Shown here piece by piece: positions 12,765 through 26,190 of a DNA stretch of 57,153 nucleotides (positions are counted from its first letter, which is position 1; each line of letters starts with the position of its first letter). A program made the position numbers and the translations under genes. This stretch comes from Octopus bimaculoides (Eukaryota): assembly GCF_001194135.2 (NCBI RefSeq), contig NC_068981.1, forward strand, positions 169,658,765 to 169,715,917, in the 5' to 3' direction. The notes under the pieces are model-generated. The model did not search any database. It was given only the letters and a program-made list of their open reading frames with translations, and was not told the DNA's origin.

Positions 12765-13207
12765 TTATATATATATATGTGTGTATATGTATATGTACAT
12801 ACATACATACATATATACATACGTACATATATATATGTATGTATGTATATATCGCATTTTTTGTTGAATTTGAATATTCAGTGACCTAGGTTCCTATAAT
12901 TTCTTGAAGTGAAAGATCAGCGTCTTTGGAGGACAGATTTTTGTTACACTCAGTATATAATGCTGGCAAAGAGTAGCGAACAGATTATGAATTAACTTGC
13001 TCAGTAAACAGGCACTAAAAAAGGAGACTCCCACCCAAATGCATCTTACCTTAAGTGAATATATTAGAATATGTGTTTTTCGCATTACTTTGAAGGGTCA
13101 AGAGGGGATCATGTCGGTTGTATATTCACATATCTGCGAATTATGTCGTATCAAAAGCATACTTCTATGTTTCTCCCCTCTCTTTGTTCCTCATTATATA
13201 CACACAC

Positions 13208-13339
<132 letters not shown>

Positions 13340-13465
13340 TTTTACGAATGAAACATAAATTATGAGACATAGTTTAGATACCGTATAGAAGAAAATAAGA
13401 CGGGACCAGTAGATGCCTATTGATCAGATATACTTTATTTATATACATAGGAAATATTACAAAAA

Positions 13466-13484
13466 TAAAATAATAATAATAATG

Positions 13485-13515
<31 letters not shown>

Positions 13516-13526
13516 TAATAATAATG

Positions 13527-13566
<40 letters not shown>
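13466..13566. repeat. (AAT)n with GAT variants
   Basis: Read directly. Confidence 0.97.
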
Positions 13567-13569
<3 letters not shown>

Positions 13570-14290
13570 CTTTCATATAAATGACACGTATACATGTAAA
13601 GTTTCAGTACACTGGCACGCTCAGAGAAATATTGCTAACAAAAATTGCGAAGCGAATAGTGATATACATGCAGTCTGAATGCGAACAAAACAAAAATAGA
13701 AAACAATTGCAAACACACGAAAATGTTATTATATCGTGATTAAAGCACATCACTTCCATGGACGGTATTAGAAGGTTTCCGACGGAATGTAATATTAGCA
13801 TTAAACAAAGGGTGTTATATGACAGACGTTGTATATTATATTGATGCTGGTACATACATGCCTACATACATGTACGCATGTAAGGACGTATATGTATATA
13901 TCTGTGATTCTATCTATTCATATGTATATGCGAATATATATATGTATGTGTGTGTGTGTTCTAGCGTGTGTGTGTTTGTGCGGGAGGTGTATACATGAAT
14001 CTGTGTGTATTTATGTACCTATATAGGCAGGTGGATGCATAGATAGGTAGGTAGGTTAGTTAGATGTAGCCTCTTATGTAGCACAGGTAGAGAAAATATT
14101 TGTAAATATTTTGATGCGATCTTCGTATATTACCGGCCAAATGAAGACAGCTTTAAATGGTCTCTCGACTTAGTAGATAAAGCAGCAAATTCTACGTTAA
14201 AACATATTCTAATTATTTTATAAAATATAAAAATATTCTTACTTGAAACCATGAGATTTTGTGCCTATCATATTCTATCATTCTATCATT

Positions 14291-14577
14291 CTTTCACTTG
14301 TTTCAATCATTTAACTGCGGCGATGCTGCAGCACCGCCTTTAGTCTCACAAATCGATCCCAGTACTTATACATTGTAAGCCTAGTACTTATTCTATCGTT
14401 CTCTTTTGCCGAACCGCTAAGTTACGGGGACGTGATCACACTAACATTGGTCTAGCGATGATAGGGGGAGAAACACAGATACACAAACATAAACCAAAGC
14501 TATAGCAGAAGACACTTACCCAAGTTGCCACGCAGTAGGACTGAACCCAGAAGCATGTGGTTTGGAAGCAAGATCAA
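14291..14577 (-). mobile_element. SINE family B, near full length (tRNA head with CORE-like block)
   Basis: Minus strand reads CTTGCTTCCAAACCACATGCTTCTGGGTTCAGTCC (B-box-like), AACTTGGGTAAGTGTCTTC (CORE-like), then the 3' part shared with 583-660 and 51208-51361. Confidence 0.8.
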
Positions 14578-14584
14578 AATAATT

Positions 14585-14775
14585 CTATCTTCTATAGACA
14601 CAAGGCCTGAAATTCAGTGCGAAGGGACTAGTCGACTGGTACTTATTTTTATTGGCTCCGAAAGGGTGAAAGGCAAAGTCGACTCCGACAGCATTTAAAC
14701 TTCGAACGTAAACACGGCGAAATGCCGCTAAGCATTTTCCCGGCACATGGACAACTCTGTCAGCTCGCCGATTTG
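14585..14775 (-). mobile_element. SINE family A
   Basis: GAAAGGGTGAAAGGCAAAGTCGACTCCGACAGCATTTAAACTTCGAACG...GCCGCTAAGCATTTTCCCGGCAC. Confidence 0.85.
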
Positions 14776-15651
14776 GAGTCATCAGTGTAATACACACCGA
14801 TTTCTATTGTTGTTATGTCCAGGTAACTTGTAGTGGAGCAAATATATGTTTGGAGGATGTCTAAAAGTGATAATTATGACTTATCTTCAGTTATAGTTTG
14901 TCTTCATCTTAAGATATGTATTCCTGTCTCTTCTAATGTTACTACATCTCTTATAATTTTAACTCTCTCTCATCTAATAGTACTCCCAAATTTTAATGTA
15001 GATGCAAACAAACAAATAAATATCCTTAGACAATCATATAAACGAATATCTAGAAGCTGAATATTGCAAATATTCTGCTTCAGAAAGAACCTTAGCATGT
15101 TACACCGTAAGTAATTTACTTCAGATGATAAGTAAATCCTCATTATGGTGATATCAATTATAAAGAAGTTTGACATGTTGTTCTATGTAAATAACCAGAG
15201 GGTTACAAAAATGAAGCAATACTTAGTTGTTTGTTCTTTTCGTTTCGCATATTACCAAGAACATTGGGATAATTATCAGAGAGAAGATAATGTTTTCCAT
15301 GAATATTTTTTACAGCATGATACTTACTAAACATTGTTTCTGCCAAAAGTGAAGCTACTTACCTCACGTCACGCTACTGCTGCACCTTTACGATAGAAGC
15401 GAAATTAGATGCTAAACGAATGCAGTGCATATATGGTGTACCTAGGTGTGAAGATTTTGAGAATTTAATCACGGAGTCATGTTCCTCAATCTGAATTATC
15501 TTGATATGTCGGCACAACTGTAGGAGTGACTAATATATTCTCATGGCAAGCAGGTTGATGAAAACAGCATACATTCAAAACTGGCCGTTGGAAGTCATTC
15601 ATCTTGGACATACAGGGTAAAGAATGACAGCAATTCCAGTGTTAAAATATA

Positions 15652-16499
15652 CGAAACGCGTTCAAAAAGTAACCAACTTTAATTGTTTCCGTTCAAGCTA
15701 AAGTAATTTGGATAAAATCCTTTGAATGGATGGTGACGCTACCTTTCTCTGCATATTTGAAAATTTTAGTGCCGGTAGGCTGCGTCAGTTCTCGGCTGTC
15801 ACGCCTAGAATATAGACGTGTAGTGCGCGTTCGTCGGATTTTAACAGAATGAATCGAGAAGAGATTTTGCGTCACGTTTTGTTAAACGCTTGGTGATACT
15901 CAAGCTCGACAATCTAAAAGATTAAACACACCGTTGATGATGATGCGCCAGGCAAAACTCAGTTCAAGGAGTGGTACAACCATTCCAAACATGGCCGCAT
16001 CTCAGTGGAGCATGACACACGCTCAGACAGGCCATCTACAAGCCGTAACGAAGAGCCGACTGAGAAGATTTGGTGAATAGTCATGGAAGACGGTCACGTA
16101 ACAATCCAGGAATTTGCCCACGAAGCTGGAATAAGCGCAGGATTAGATCATTCTATTTACATGGCGTATTTTGTCATGCGGAGAGTTTCGGCGAAATTCG
16201 TACCCAAGGAGTGGCACAGCAGCAGAAGCAATTCCACATGAAAATGAAACTATGACCCAGGCTTCATGAAGACCATCGTCAGTGGTGATGAGTCATGAGT
16301 TTATGGTCTCTGCTTCATGCGTTCTGTCACAATGCGTGAAAGCGAAAATCCGATGATCACGCACAACACGTCAGTAGTCTAAGCGTAACAGGAGGAAACT
16401 GACGTGGCCTATGGCAAGACAATTTTACGTGCGCGCAGGAAATGTGGCATTACCTCCCTTCCAATGGACCATGCACAGATACGTTTTGAACGCACCTCG
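15652..16499 (+). mobile_element. Internally deleted mariner-like element with both TIRs and TA flanks
   Basis: Left end TA|CGAAACGCGTTCAAAAAGTA; right end in reverse complement TA|CGAGGTGCGTTCAAAACGTA. Internal frames read QFKEWYNHSKHGRISVEHDTRSDRPSTS, RRVSAKFVPK and DPGFMKTIVSGDES*VYG. The catalytic C-terminal half is missing. Confidence 0.9.
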
Positions 16500-17287
16500 T
16501 ATTTGATACTTTAAACTAGAGCAAGTGATGCTATTATTGTGTAAGTTTAAAACTAAAATAACAAGCACATGATTGACAAGATCATTCTTATGAACTTGAA
16601 GAATAAAAAAAAAAAAACAAATCGTAATGACCTCCAACTTTTGCCTGAGAAAATGAACACACGTATTAATTTCCCCCCCTAAAATTCATGGATTTTGCAT
16701 ATCATATTTGTAATATCCTTTGGATGGGGAATGCAACAACTAAAGCATGGAGTTTGTGAAAATATACGTCGCGATGCTCGGAAGGATTTATGAATTTCCA
16801 CCCAAAAGTTCTTGTTATTACTGTTGTAGCGGCACCCGACCAATAACCTTTCAATAAAACTACTCAGGAAAATGGGATCAATAAGCGGTAGCCGGAATAA
16901 ATAGCAGAAGAGCTTTTATGAACGCACTCAAAAACTTTTCACATATATGAACTTAAAGGGTATATATATCGGTGCACGTGTGTGCGTGTGTGTATGTGCG
17001 TGCGTGTGTGTGTATGTGTGGACACGTGCGTACACGACAGCGTGTGAGCGTGCGTATAAATGTGTATATTTAATTGAATTCTACGAATAAATGTTTTAGA
17101 TTACATGTGTATTTGATTTCGTCAATGTCCGTTCTTTATATTCAATTAGGACATTTTTTTATAAGTAAATGTGTTTAGATTTAATGTGCATATGGATTTG
17201 TGTGTGTGTATATATGTTGTTTACAGACTGCTTAGATATCATTAACTGTCACCTCCTGCCCTCTCCATCCCTCCCTCCCCTTCTCTC

Positions 17288-17345
<58 letters not shown>

Positions 17346-18041
17346 NNNNNNNNNNNNNNNNNNNNNNNNNNNNNNNNNNNNNNNNNNNNNNNNNNNNNNN
17401 NNNNNNNNNNNNNNNNNNNNNNNNNNNNNNNNNNNNNNNNNNNNNNNNNNNNNNNNNNNNNNNNNNNNNNNNNNNNNNNNNNNNNNNNNNNNNNNNNNNN
17501 NNNNNNNNNNNNNNNNNNNNNNNNNNNNNNNNNNNNNNNNNNNNNNNNNNNNNNNNNNNNNNNNNNNNNNNNNNNNNNNNNNNNNNNNNNNNNNNNNNNN
17601 NNNNNNNNNNNNNNNNNNNNNNNNNNNNNNNNNNNNNNNNNNNNNNNNNNNNNNNNNNNNNNNNNNNNNNNNNNNNNNNNNNNNNNNNNNNNNNNNNNNN
17701 NNNNNNNNNNNNNNNNNNNNNNNNNNNNNNNNNNNNNNNNNNNNNNNNNNNNNNNNNNNNNNNNNNNNNNNNNNNNNNNNNNNNNNNNNNNNNNNNNNNN
17801 NNNNNNNNNNNNNNNNNNNNNNNNNNNNNNNNNNNNNNNNNNNNNNNNNNNNNNNNNNNNNNNNNNNNNNNNNNNNNNNNNNNNNNNNNNNNNNNNNNNN
17901 NNNNNNNNNNNNNNNNNNNNNNNNNNNNNNNNNNNNNNNNNNNNNNNNNNNNNNNNNNNNNNNNNNNNNNNNNNNNNNNNNNNNNNNNNNNNNNNNNNNN
18001 NNNNNNNNNNNNNNNNNNNNNNNNNNNNNNNNNNNNNNNNN

Positions 18042-18074
<33 letters not shown>

Positions 18075-19818
18075 TGTATATATGCATGGAGGCAAGCGTA
18101 TATGAACGACTGCATAAGTGAATGGACTGATGGATAGTCAGATGGATGTATACTTGAAATTTTGCTCCTGATAAGAATCTATGCGACTTTTCCCTTATTT
18201 GGTACGCAAAACATCCAGTTTTCTTTGTCAACGTTTGTGCAACCCTTCGTCCTTTAAATATTAAGATCTTGCAGAATAATTTTTCCTAGTTAGTGTATGA
18301 ATTATGAAACTTCAGCCTTCATTCAATAGAAATACAAATTTAGTAATAATTTCTTCCAGGCAATTTGATACATATATCGGACCTCTCCAATCATAAGATT
18401 ATATTATTAGAAGTGTATTTTGGCTAATGTAGCCAAATCAGAAATAGTTCACGTCGGAGTGAATTTTTCTGATCATATTAATGCGAAATGGGATGTTGAC
18501 TTACACAACCGAATTTCTATTTTGTTGTCTGAATCTCCAATATCATATCAGTTTCGTTTTAATATGGTTGGTGTTTTCATTTTAGTTTTTGCCAATGTAT
18601 TTTTTAAGGCTTCGTTTGGTTTCCGTATATTTATCTCCATTTTGAATTTATTTTCTTTTTCAATCTGTTCTAGGTTGTTCTTGCTACAGCATCTCATGCA
18701 GCAGTATTCATAGGACATCTTTTCAGCGGTGGAAATAATGTGGTTTAACATGAATTTTTGAATGCACAGATGTATGTATGTATGTATGTATGTATGTATG
18801 TTTTTATGTGCCATGATTTGTTTCTCTCTAAAATGTGCGAACATGCCTCACGATATTGCACATCGTAACCAAGTTTACAGAAATATTTATAACAATCGTA
18901 AAACAAAATCGAATAGAAAATATATTTATATATTAAACAATATAGCATTCTAAGATAAACTTCGTCCAACAAATCTTACTTTGACGGTATGTTACATGCT
19001 AAATCATTTATCTGAAGGCTGCTAATAAAACCTACGATACCACACTATATATGAGAACGCCCAAGTGCATATAGTTTACGAGAAGTCTGCTGCTTTTTAT
19101 CTCAAGGGAAATACCAACTCGTTAACTATTTCGTCTTATTTACATTTTATAATCATTATAAATTCTGATTATAGACACAAAACTGAACTTGGCCCGTCTC
19201 AAATTCTCTAGTTGTTTTCTTATTCTCATAGATGCTAAACAAACTTCAGACCCAAACAGCAGTTCATAACACCCTCCCCCTCTCTCTGTCATCGGTTTAA
19301 ATATTTATTTGTACTTTTGTTTGTTTGTATCTATCTATCTATCTGTCTACCTATCTNNNNNNNNNNNNNNNNNNNNNNNNNNNNNNNNNNNNNNNNNNNN
19401 NNNNNNNNNNNNNNNNNNNNNNNNNNNNNNNNNNNNNNNNNNNNNNNNNNNNNNNNNNNNNNNNNNNNNNNNNNNNNNNNNNNNNNNNNNNNNNNNNNNN
19501 NNNNNNNNNNNNNNNNNNNNNNNNNNNNNNNNNNNNNNNNNNNNNNNNNNNNNNNNNNNNNNNNNNNNNNNNNNNNNNNNNNNNNNNNNNNNNNNNNNNN
19601 NNNNNNNNNNNNNNNNNNNNNNNNNNNNNNNNNNNNNNNNNNNNNNNNNNNNNNNNNNNNNNNNNNNNNNNNNNNNNNNNNNNNNNNNNNNNNNNNNNNN
19701 NNNNNNNNNNNNNNNNNNNNNNNNNNNNNNNNNNNNNNNNNNNNNNNNNNNNNNNNNNNNNNNNNNNNNNNNNNNNNNNNNNNNNNNNNNNNNNNNNNNN
19801 NNNNNNNNNNNNNNNNNN

Positions 19819-19869
<51 letters not shown>

Positions 19870-20300
19870 AATAACTCGTCTATCAATCTGTCTTACTATT
19901 TGTATGCCCTCCTATCTAGCCAATTATTATCAATTTATTTAAACATCTCTCTGTATGTCAGTCTACTACCTACCTACCTACCTACCTACCTGCCTACCTA
20001 CCAACATACATACATACCTGTTTTCTTGTGAATCTATATGTCTTTCCCTCTGTCTGTGTATTTCTCTCTATCTCTATGCAGTCTGTTAATCTATATATCA
20101 ATCTAGCTTCTTGTGCACAAACTTGTCAGTCTCTCATGCGAGATCTCTCGCTTCTTTCGGCCACTCTCCCTCTCCATCAATCCGCTCATCCATCCGCTCA
20201 TCCATCCGTCCAACTGTCTGTCCGTCTGTCCGTCTGTCCGTCTGTCCGTCCGTCCATCTGTCCGTCAGTCCATCAGTCCGTCCGTCTATCNNNNNNNNNN

Positions 20301-20360
<60 letters not shown>

Positions 20361-20732
20361 GTCAAGAATGCTATCGTTGTCCAACTTACATCAAGAAATG
20401 CCTTTCAGAGAAGAATCTATGATAGGTCTCCAAAACCAATACTTTGAGCTTCTTCATCTTCATAACCTTAATATCTGTATTTCGTCATATTACACTTCGT
20501 AATCTCTAACTTTAGATATACTTTTTATGATCTTGGACCTAATACAAAGCTAATTGAAAGATATCAGTATTAAGCTATGTAAACATCTACCTCAGTTAAC
20601 ATCTGCTATATCCTGCTTTGAGTTCACACCCACTCACACACACATGGACACGCGGAAACATATATGTATATATATGCATGTATATGTCTGTTTCTCGCTC
20701 TCTCTCTCCATGTATGCATGTATATATATACG

Positions 20733-20785
<53 letters not shown>

Positions 20786-20800
20786 CTATCTATCTATCTA

Positions 20801-20837
<37 letters not shown>

Positions 20838-20842
<5 letters not shown>

Positions 20843-21050
20843 GTTATATTTATGTCCAGTCACAGAGTGACCAATGGTTTTGCATCCATAAAGAACCTCG
20901 CCCAGCTGGCAGTTCGTCAGACTCTAGAGCCAAAGACATATGGCTCTTCATCTCTGGGAGGTAGGAATTAGCAAGTAACCAAAAAATAAACAATCTGGGT
21001 CGGCGATGACGGGTTATCTTCCTTAGATCAGTTCATCTGGGCCAAAAGTG
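20838..21050 (-). repeat. Left arm of a diverged ~220-bp inverted repeat (probable PLE pLTR/3' end)
   Basis: GCAGTTA...GTGACCAATGGTTTTGCATCC...GGGTCGGCGATGACGGGTTATCT...GTTCATCTGGGCC aligns with the reverse complement of 21725-21960. Confidence 0.8.
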
Positions 21051-21480
21051 GGAGGACAGGGTATTTCGCTTTTAAGCTGTTTGTAGCTCATAATGTCATT
21101 TCCGAATTTAATCGATGAATGGGAAACCTCGTTCTTGCAGCAGGGATCGCTTGAAATGGATGCATGGACGGTAAATTTCCTGTTGAGATTTCAGTAACCT
21201 TGGTTTTAGGGAGCCTTTGAGGATCCTTACTCGGTCAGGTATGCAAAGCTTGAAGCGTTAATGTAGAACCCCGGCCGCCATATTATCCTTCACCTGATAT
21301 TGTATAGGGTCCTTTCATCCTTGAGGCGCCACACGTGGCTTGCTAGGGATATGACGAATCGTCTTTCGGAAATCCTGAAAGAAGAACTGTGGTTGTACAG
21401 ACGCCGCTTGAATGCAGTCCCGCTGAACCGATACATTTCGAGGTTTAAGTGTTGGTTGTGTTCACATATCTAGTGCATTT
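21050..21480 (-). pseudogene. Penelope-like element GIY-YIG endonuclease remnant (family 1)
   Basis: Minus-strand translation with a frameshift: KCIGS...GTAFKRRLYNHSSSFRISERRFVISLASHVWRLKDERTLYNIR*RI. This fits the PLE endonuclease pattern YIG-x-T-x-FK-x-R-x-x-NH-x-SSF...LS-x-H-x-W-x-LK. Confidence 0.7.
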
Positions 21481-21724
21481 TGGTTGGCTCCGGGCCTGGT
21501 GACATCGTTTCAACTGGTGTTGCTGGAGCTGCCATCGGTGCTGTTATCATTACGAGGCGTGTGTCTAGCGATATCCCTGTTGTCCTTGTGGTGGTCATCG
21601 TTTGCCGTAGCGTTGGCGCTGCTGTCGCCGATGGTGATATGAGTGCCGTCGGTAGTAATACTGGGCGTGGTTATCATCTCCGGCCGTAGTGTTGGTATTG
21701 GGATCCTTGGCGTCAGTACTGGTG

Positions 21725-21960
21725 TTCGGCCCAGATGAACGGGTCAAAGGGAGATAACCCGTCATAGCCGACCCGGATTGCTTGTTTTTGGTTAATTTAC
21801 TAAGCAAACTGACCATAACAGATTCCAGCCTCTCGGAGTTGAAAAGTTATAAGTCTTCGGCTTTAGAGTTTGACAAGCCGTCAATGGGGCTAAACCATTT
21901 TCGGATGCGAAACCATTAGTCACTATATAACCGGACTTAGACTTAACTGCATATAGATAC
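21725..21960 (+). repeat. Right arm of the diverged inverted repeat (inverted pLTR copy)
   Basis: GGCCCAGATGAAC...AGATAACCCGTCATAGCCGACCC...GGATGCGAAACCATTAGTCAC...TAACTGC is the inverted homologue of 20838-21050. Confidence 0.8.
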
Positions 21961-22247
21961 ATTACTGCTTGATGTNNNNNNNNNNNNNNNNNNNNNNNNN
22001 NNNNNNNNNNNNNNNNNNNNNNNNNNNNNNNNNNNNNNNNNNNNNNNNNNNNNNNNNNNNNNNNNNNNNNNNNNNNNNNNNNNNNNNNNNNNNNNNNNNN
22101 NNNNNNNNNNNNNNNNNNNNNNNNNNNNNNNNNNNNNNNNNNNNNNNNNNNNNNNNNNNNNNNATATATACACATATATGCATGGCTGTATATATGGATA
22201 TGTATGCATTTTCGCATATGTATATGTATAATTATATATACATATGC

Positions 22248-22289
<42 letters not shown>

Positions 22290-24134
22290 ATATATATATT
22301 AACTGGTGAAGTAAAGATGTTTCTGTGAAGCTCTTTGTAAGTGGTGGCACTGTCATTAAGCATTGTATACTCTAATCTGTAAAAGAGCACATGCATCCGT
22401 ATATTCCGTGTTTGTGGCTTCTTTGTTTATGTTCAAGTAAATCTCATTCATATAATATCAGTCCATTTAGATTGGTTTATTCCCCTTTTGCATGCACTGC
22501 ATTGTTTCGCACTCATAAATAACTGAAGAAAGTCGAGAATCTACAAATTATCTAGTGTATATCTGCGTTTTCCCTTAGCTGCTGAATAATGTTTATATTG
22601 AACATATGTAGAATAACGAAAATTAGTAAGACATCTTCAAGTACCCCAACCGATATGCGTCGCCCCACATTGCATCAGCATTCTCTATAATCCTCAATGT
22701 GTATGTGTCTTTGCAATGTTGAGTCGTTCTTGTTTTATATTAGGGCGGTAAATCTCCAAAATGTAACTATAATGTGTCTGCTATTTCTTATATGCCCTTG
22801 TGTCATTCGTGCAGTTGTTTTAGAAATAACTACAGAATAACAGAACATTTAATGCTGATCAATTTTAAATTCGGTCACGAACTTTGCTTTGCGTTCATCA
22901 GTAGCGATAAAAAAAATATATAACAAAATGAACTTAATCAGTTCAAAGTACGTAGGTATGTTCGATACACAATTGAAACAAGTACTAATATTGTTCAGGA
23001 AACTATCTACATAAGTTACCCTACATATAGCATGATCATACTTCCTGAAAAATGAGGTGATATTTATCATTACGATTTGATATTTTTGCTCATATTTTTG
23101 TTTTCGTGATATATTTCATTAGTAATTTCTAAATAACTTTGTATCATACATCACAGTCTTCTTAGCCTCCATTAAATTTTCTAAATTATTGCCCTAATTG
23201 AACAAATTGATCAATATTATTTCTTGGTGTACACATTTTAGGGGAAGATATAGTTTTGTGGTTAACAAATCTAATTCAGAATCATGTAATTACAGGCTAA
23301 GACACATTTCAAGTCACCGTGGACAAATGTTTTCAACTCTAGCATTGGGTTTGCCAATATATTTTGAACAGAATCCTATGGTCACACTTAGTCATCAAAA
23401 TTAGATCCGACCTTAGGTCAGAACAAAGAATGACGAATATTTCTTACTTAAATTTCTGAGTTCAGTTTAAAGGCAATTATGAAAACTGACCTGATTTCAG
23501 TCCTCTCCAAAATATTTTAAAATACCGAGGTGTTCTCAACAAGAGCACTAATACACCAATACAGAAAGAGTTGCTACATATATAATGGGGCTAAGAGACG
23601 AAATAAATATATATTATATGAACTAGTAAAAAAAGTAGTGTAAAGCGTTATTAGTAGCAAAATAATGTATTTATCGATCTGTTTATCCAAATACGTTTTA
23701 AGAAATATATTCATTTCCAGCAACTCTTCTGGCAACGGTAACATTGTGAGTGTAACCTCATAAACAAAACAAAATTCTGCAGAGACATTTTCTATAATAG
23801 TTCATTATTGGTTGTTCTGAACATCATCTATATGTATATGTATTTGTATGTATGTACGTATGTAGACACACACACACACACACTCATATANNNNNNNNNN
23901 NNNNNNNNNNNNNNNNNNNNNNNNNNNNNNNNNNNNNNNNNNNNNNNNNNNNNNNNNNNNNNNNNNNNNNNNNNNNNNNNNNNNNNNNNNNNNNNNNNNN
24001 NNNNNNNNNNNNNNNNNNNNNNNNNNNNNNNNNNNNNNNNNNNNNNNNNNNNNNNNNNNNNNNNNNNNNNNNNNNNNNNNNNNNNNNNNNNNNNNNNATA
24101 TATATGCATATATGTGTGTACATATGCATATACA

Positions 24135-24168
<34 letters not shown>

Positions 24169-24455
24169 CAAATGTGTGTGTGTATACAGAGAAAGAAACA
24201 GAGTGGGTGAGAAAATGAGCGATACAGAGATAGATAGATTTATACATAAATACACAGAGATAGACTATTAGATATATAGATAGAGATACACATATAACTC
24301 AGTATGTACTTATATTTACATAAGCTTGTATACAGAAAATATCTTCCGGAATCAATGAATGACTACCTATGAAATACTGGGGCCACCTAAATATATTAAA
24401 CTTCCCCTTGCGTCTAGTAATAACATTGCTCGTCTCCATCTCTTCTTCTTCATAT

Positions 24456-24615
24456 TGTTGTTGTTGTTGTTGTTGTTGTTGTTCTTCTTCTTCTTCTTCT
24501 TCTTCTTCTTCTTCTTCTTCTTCTTCTTCTTCTTCTTCTTCTACTTCTTATTATTATTATTTCTTTTTCTTTTTTGTTGTTGTTCTTCTTTTTGTTATCC
24601 TCCTCCTCCTCCTCA
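24456..24615. repeat. Compound trinucleotide array (TTG)(TTC)(TTA)(TTG)(CCT)
   Basis: Read directly. Confidence 0.97.
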
Positions 24616-24887
24616 TTATCATACATCATCTTTATTGTTGTCTATCATTTATCATACGTGGAATACTTTCCTCTGTAAACAAAAGTTAGATACATCTCTC
24701 AAAACATATTTAAAAAAAAAACGTCTAAGGAGGGATACTATTGTTCCTACCATAGTTCTAATTTCGGTATCACAGTAAGGCACCTTGGACAAGCTTTTAC
24801 AATTATTGCTGGTAGAGCAATATCTGCGGGTAGAGGAAATGTTTGCACTTTCACACACACACATATTTGTTTGTATATGTATGTAAA

Positions 24888-24889
<2 letters not shown>

Positions 24890-24974
<85 letters not shown>
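24890..24974. repeat. (CA)n microsatellite
   Basis: Read directly. Confidence 0.99.
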
Positions 24975-24976
<2 letters not shown>

Positions 24977-25492
24977 CAACATATATACATACATGCTCAA
25001 GTAGCGAAATTTTGTTCCCCACGAGATTTGCGGACCCAAGCTCGACTATCAAACTAATTAATGAGCGCATAACAAGTGATGGCCACTTGGGTAAGGAATG
25101 ACCATGCTTATTTTATCTTTTAATAATGCTTTTTGTTCTTGTTCTTGTTTCAACCATGGCTGTCTCTGCGTAATTATTTGTGTTGTTGTTTACTTTGTAG
25201 ATAGAGATACACATAAAAGCTATGTGTGTACGTATATTTACGTAAGCTTGTCTAAAGAAACTATATTCCGATATCAATGGGAAAAATGTGGGCAGAGGGT
25301 GATGTGCTAGCAACTCACTCCCTACGTTTTTCCCGTCCACATCTTTATCATATTGCGCCCTTGCAAAATCCCAGAGGTAGAGATGCAAATCTATCTAATT
25401 GCTTCTCTCCTAAAATCAGGCATAACTTGACGATCGGTCGAATTACAACACCTTCGTCTTGAGTTTACTCGGTAGAGTGCGTTTTACCAAGA

Positions 25493-25600
25493 GATTGGCT
25501 GTTTTTAATACATTCACGAATGAGCTTTGCATTGATTGGCTGTATGCATATCAGTTCATTACTGGGCTCCGGATCTGTCGAGGGGAAAAATTCGCGCATA
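25493..25600. promoter_or_regulatory. Candidate promoter: two GATTGGCTG (CCAAT/NF-Y-type) boxes plus a TTCGCGC motif
   Basis: GATTGGCTG at 25493-25501 and 25534-25542 (41 bp apart); GGGAAAAATTCGCGC at 25583-25597. Motif evidence only. Confidence 0.3.
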
Positions 25601-25900
25601 AGTAGGCTAGTGTGTAGTTTACTGTTAAGTAGTAAGCTACCAATTAATCACCGAATGTTACGTTTCCCTAATGGCTCAACTTTAATCTCACACTTCCCCC
25701 TCTTTCTTACCCCTGCTCTCTTGTCTCCTAGTAAATTCACCTTACTCCCACTCCTTAATATTTAAACTCCTCTTTTTTTGTCTTTTCTTCTTATTCGTGA
25801 GCATTTCCCTTATAAAAATCCTTTTCTTTTTATTCTGTATAAGTTTATATGCACGGGTGCGATAATATATTTATTTTCAAATTAGGTATCAGTTGCGCAC

Positions 25901-25980
25901 AGGGGTCGCTCTCGTCGACTGGCCCCTTCCTCAAATATTTTGGGCCTTGTGCCTAGAGTAGAAAAGAATATATTTATTTA
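25901..25980 (+). mobile_element. SINE family A, 3' fragment
   Basis: GGGGTCG...GTCGACTGGCCCCTTCC...GGGCCTTGTGCCTAGAGTAGAAAAGAATAT, nearly the same tail as 26158-26196. Confidence 0.8.
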
Positions 25981-25984
25981 TCAA

Positions 25985-26190
25985 TGCGGCGAGCTGGCAG
26001 AATCGTTAGCACGCCGGGCGAAATGCTTAGCGGCGTTTCGTCTGGCTTTATATTCTGAATTCAAATTCCGCCGAGGTTGACTTTGGGGTTGATAAATTAA
26101 GTATCAGTTTCGTAATGAAGTAGAACTAATCGACTTTCCCCCTTCCCAAAAAATGTCGGGCCTTGTGCCTAGAGTAGAATAGAATATATT
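25985..26190 (+). mobile_element. SINE family A, near full length
   Basis: GCGGCGAGCTGGCAGAATCGTTAGCACGCCGGGCGAAATGCTTAGCGGC head, TGAATTCAAATTCCGCC B-box-like, 3' GGGCCTTGTGCCTAGAGTAGAA. The central block is partly deleted. Confidence 0.9.

Noticed and set aside
15030-15106. Possible exon NHINEYLEAEYCKYSASERTLACYT before GTAAGT; similar candidates at 27825-27865 and 41856-42005
   Set aside because: Weak or ambiguous acceptors, no recognisable family, and no way to link them without transcript data.
18505-18745. Minus-strand frame MSYEYCCMRCCSKNN...KRN*YDIGDSDNKIEIRL ending at a GTAAGT donor; readthrough or editing of the TGA was considered
   Set aside because: There is no credible acceptor, it starts next to a microsatellite, no family is recognised, and a single stop in AT-rich DNA needs no special explanation.
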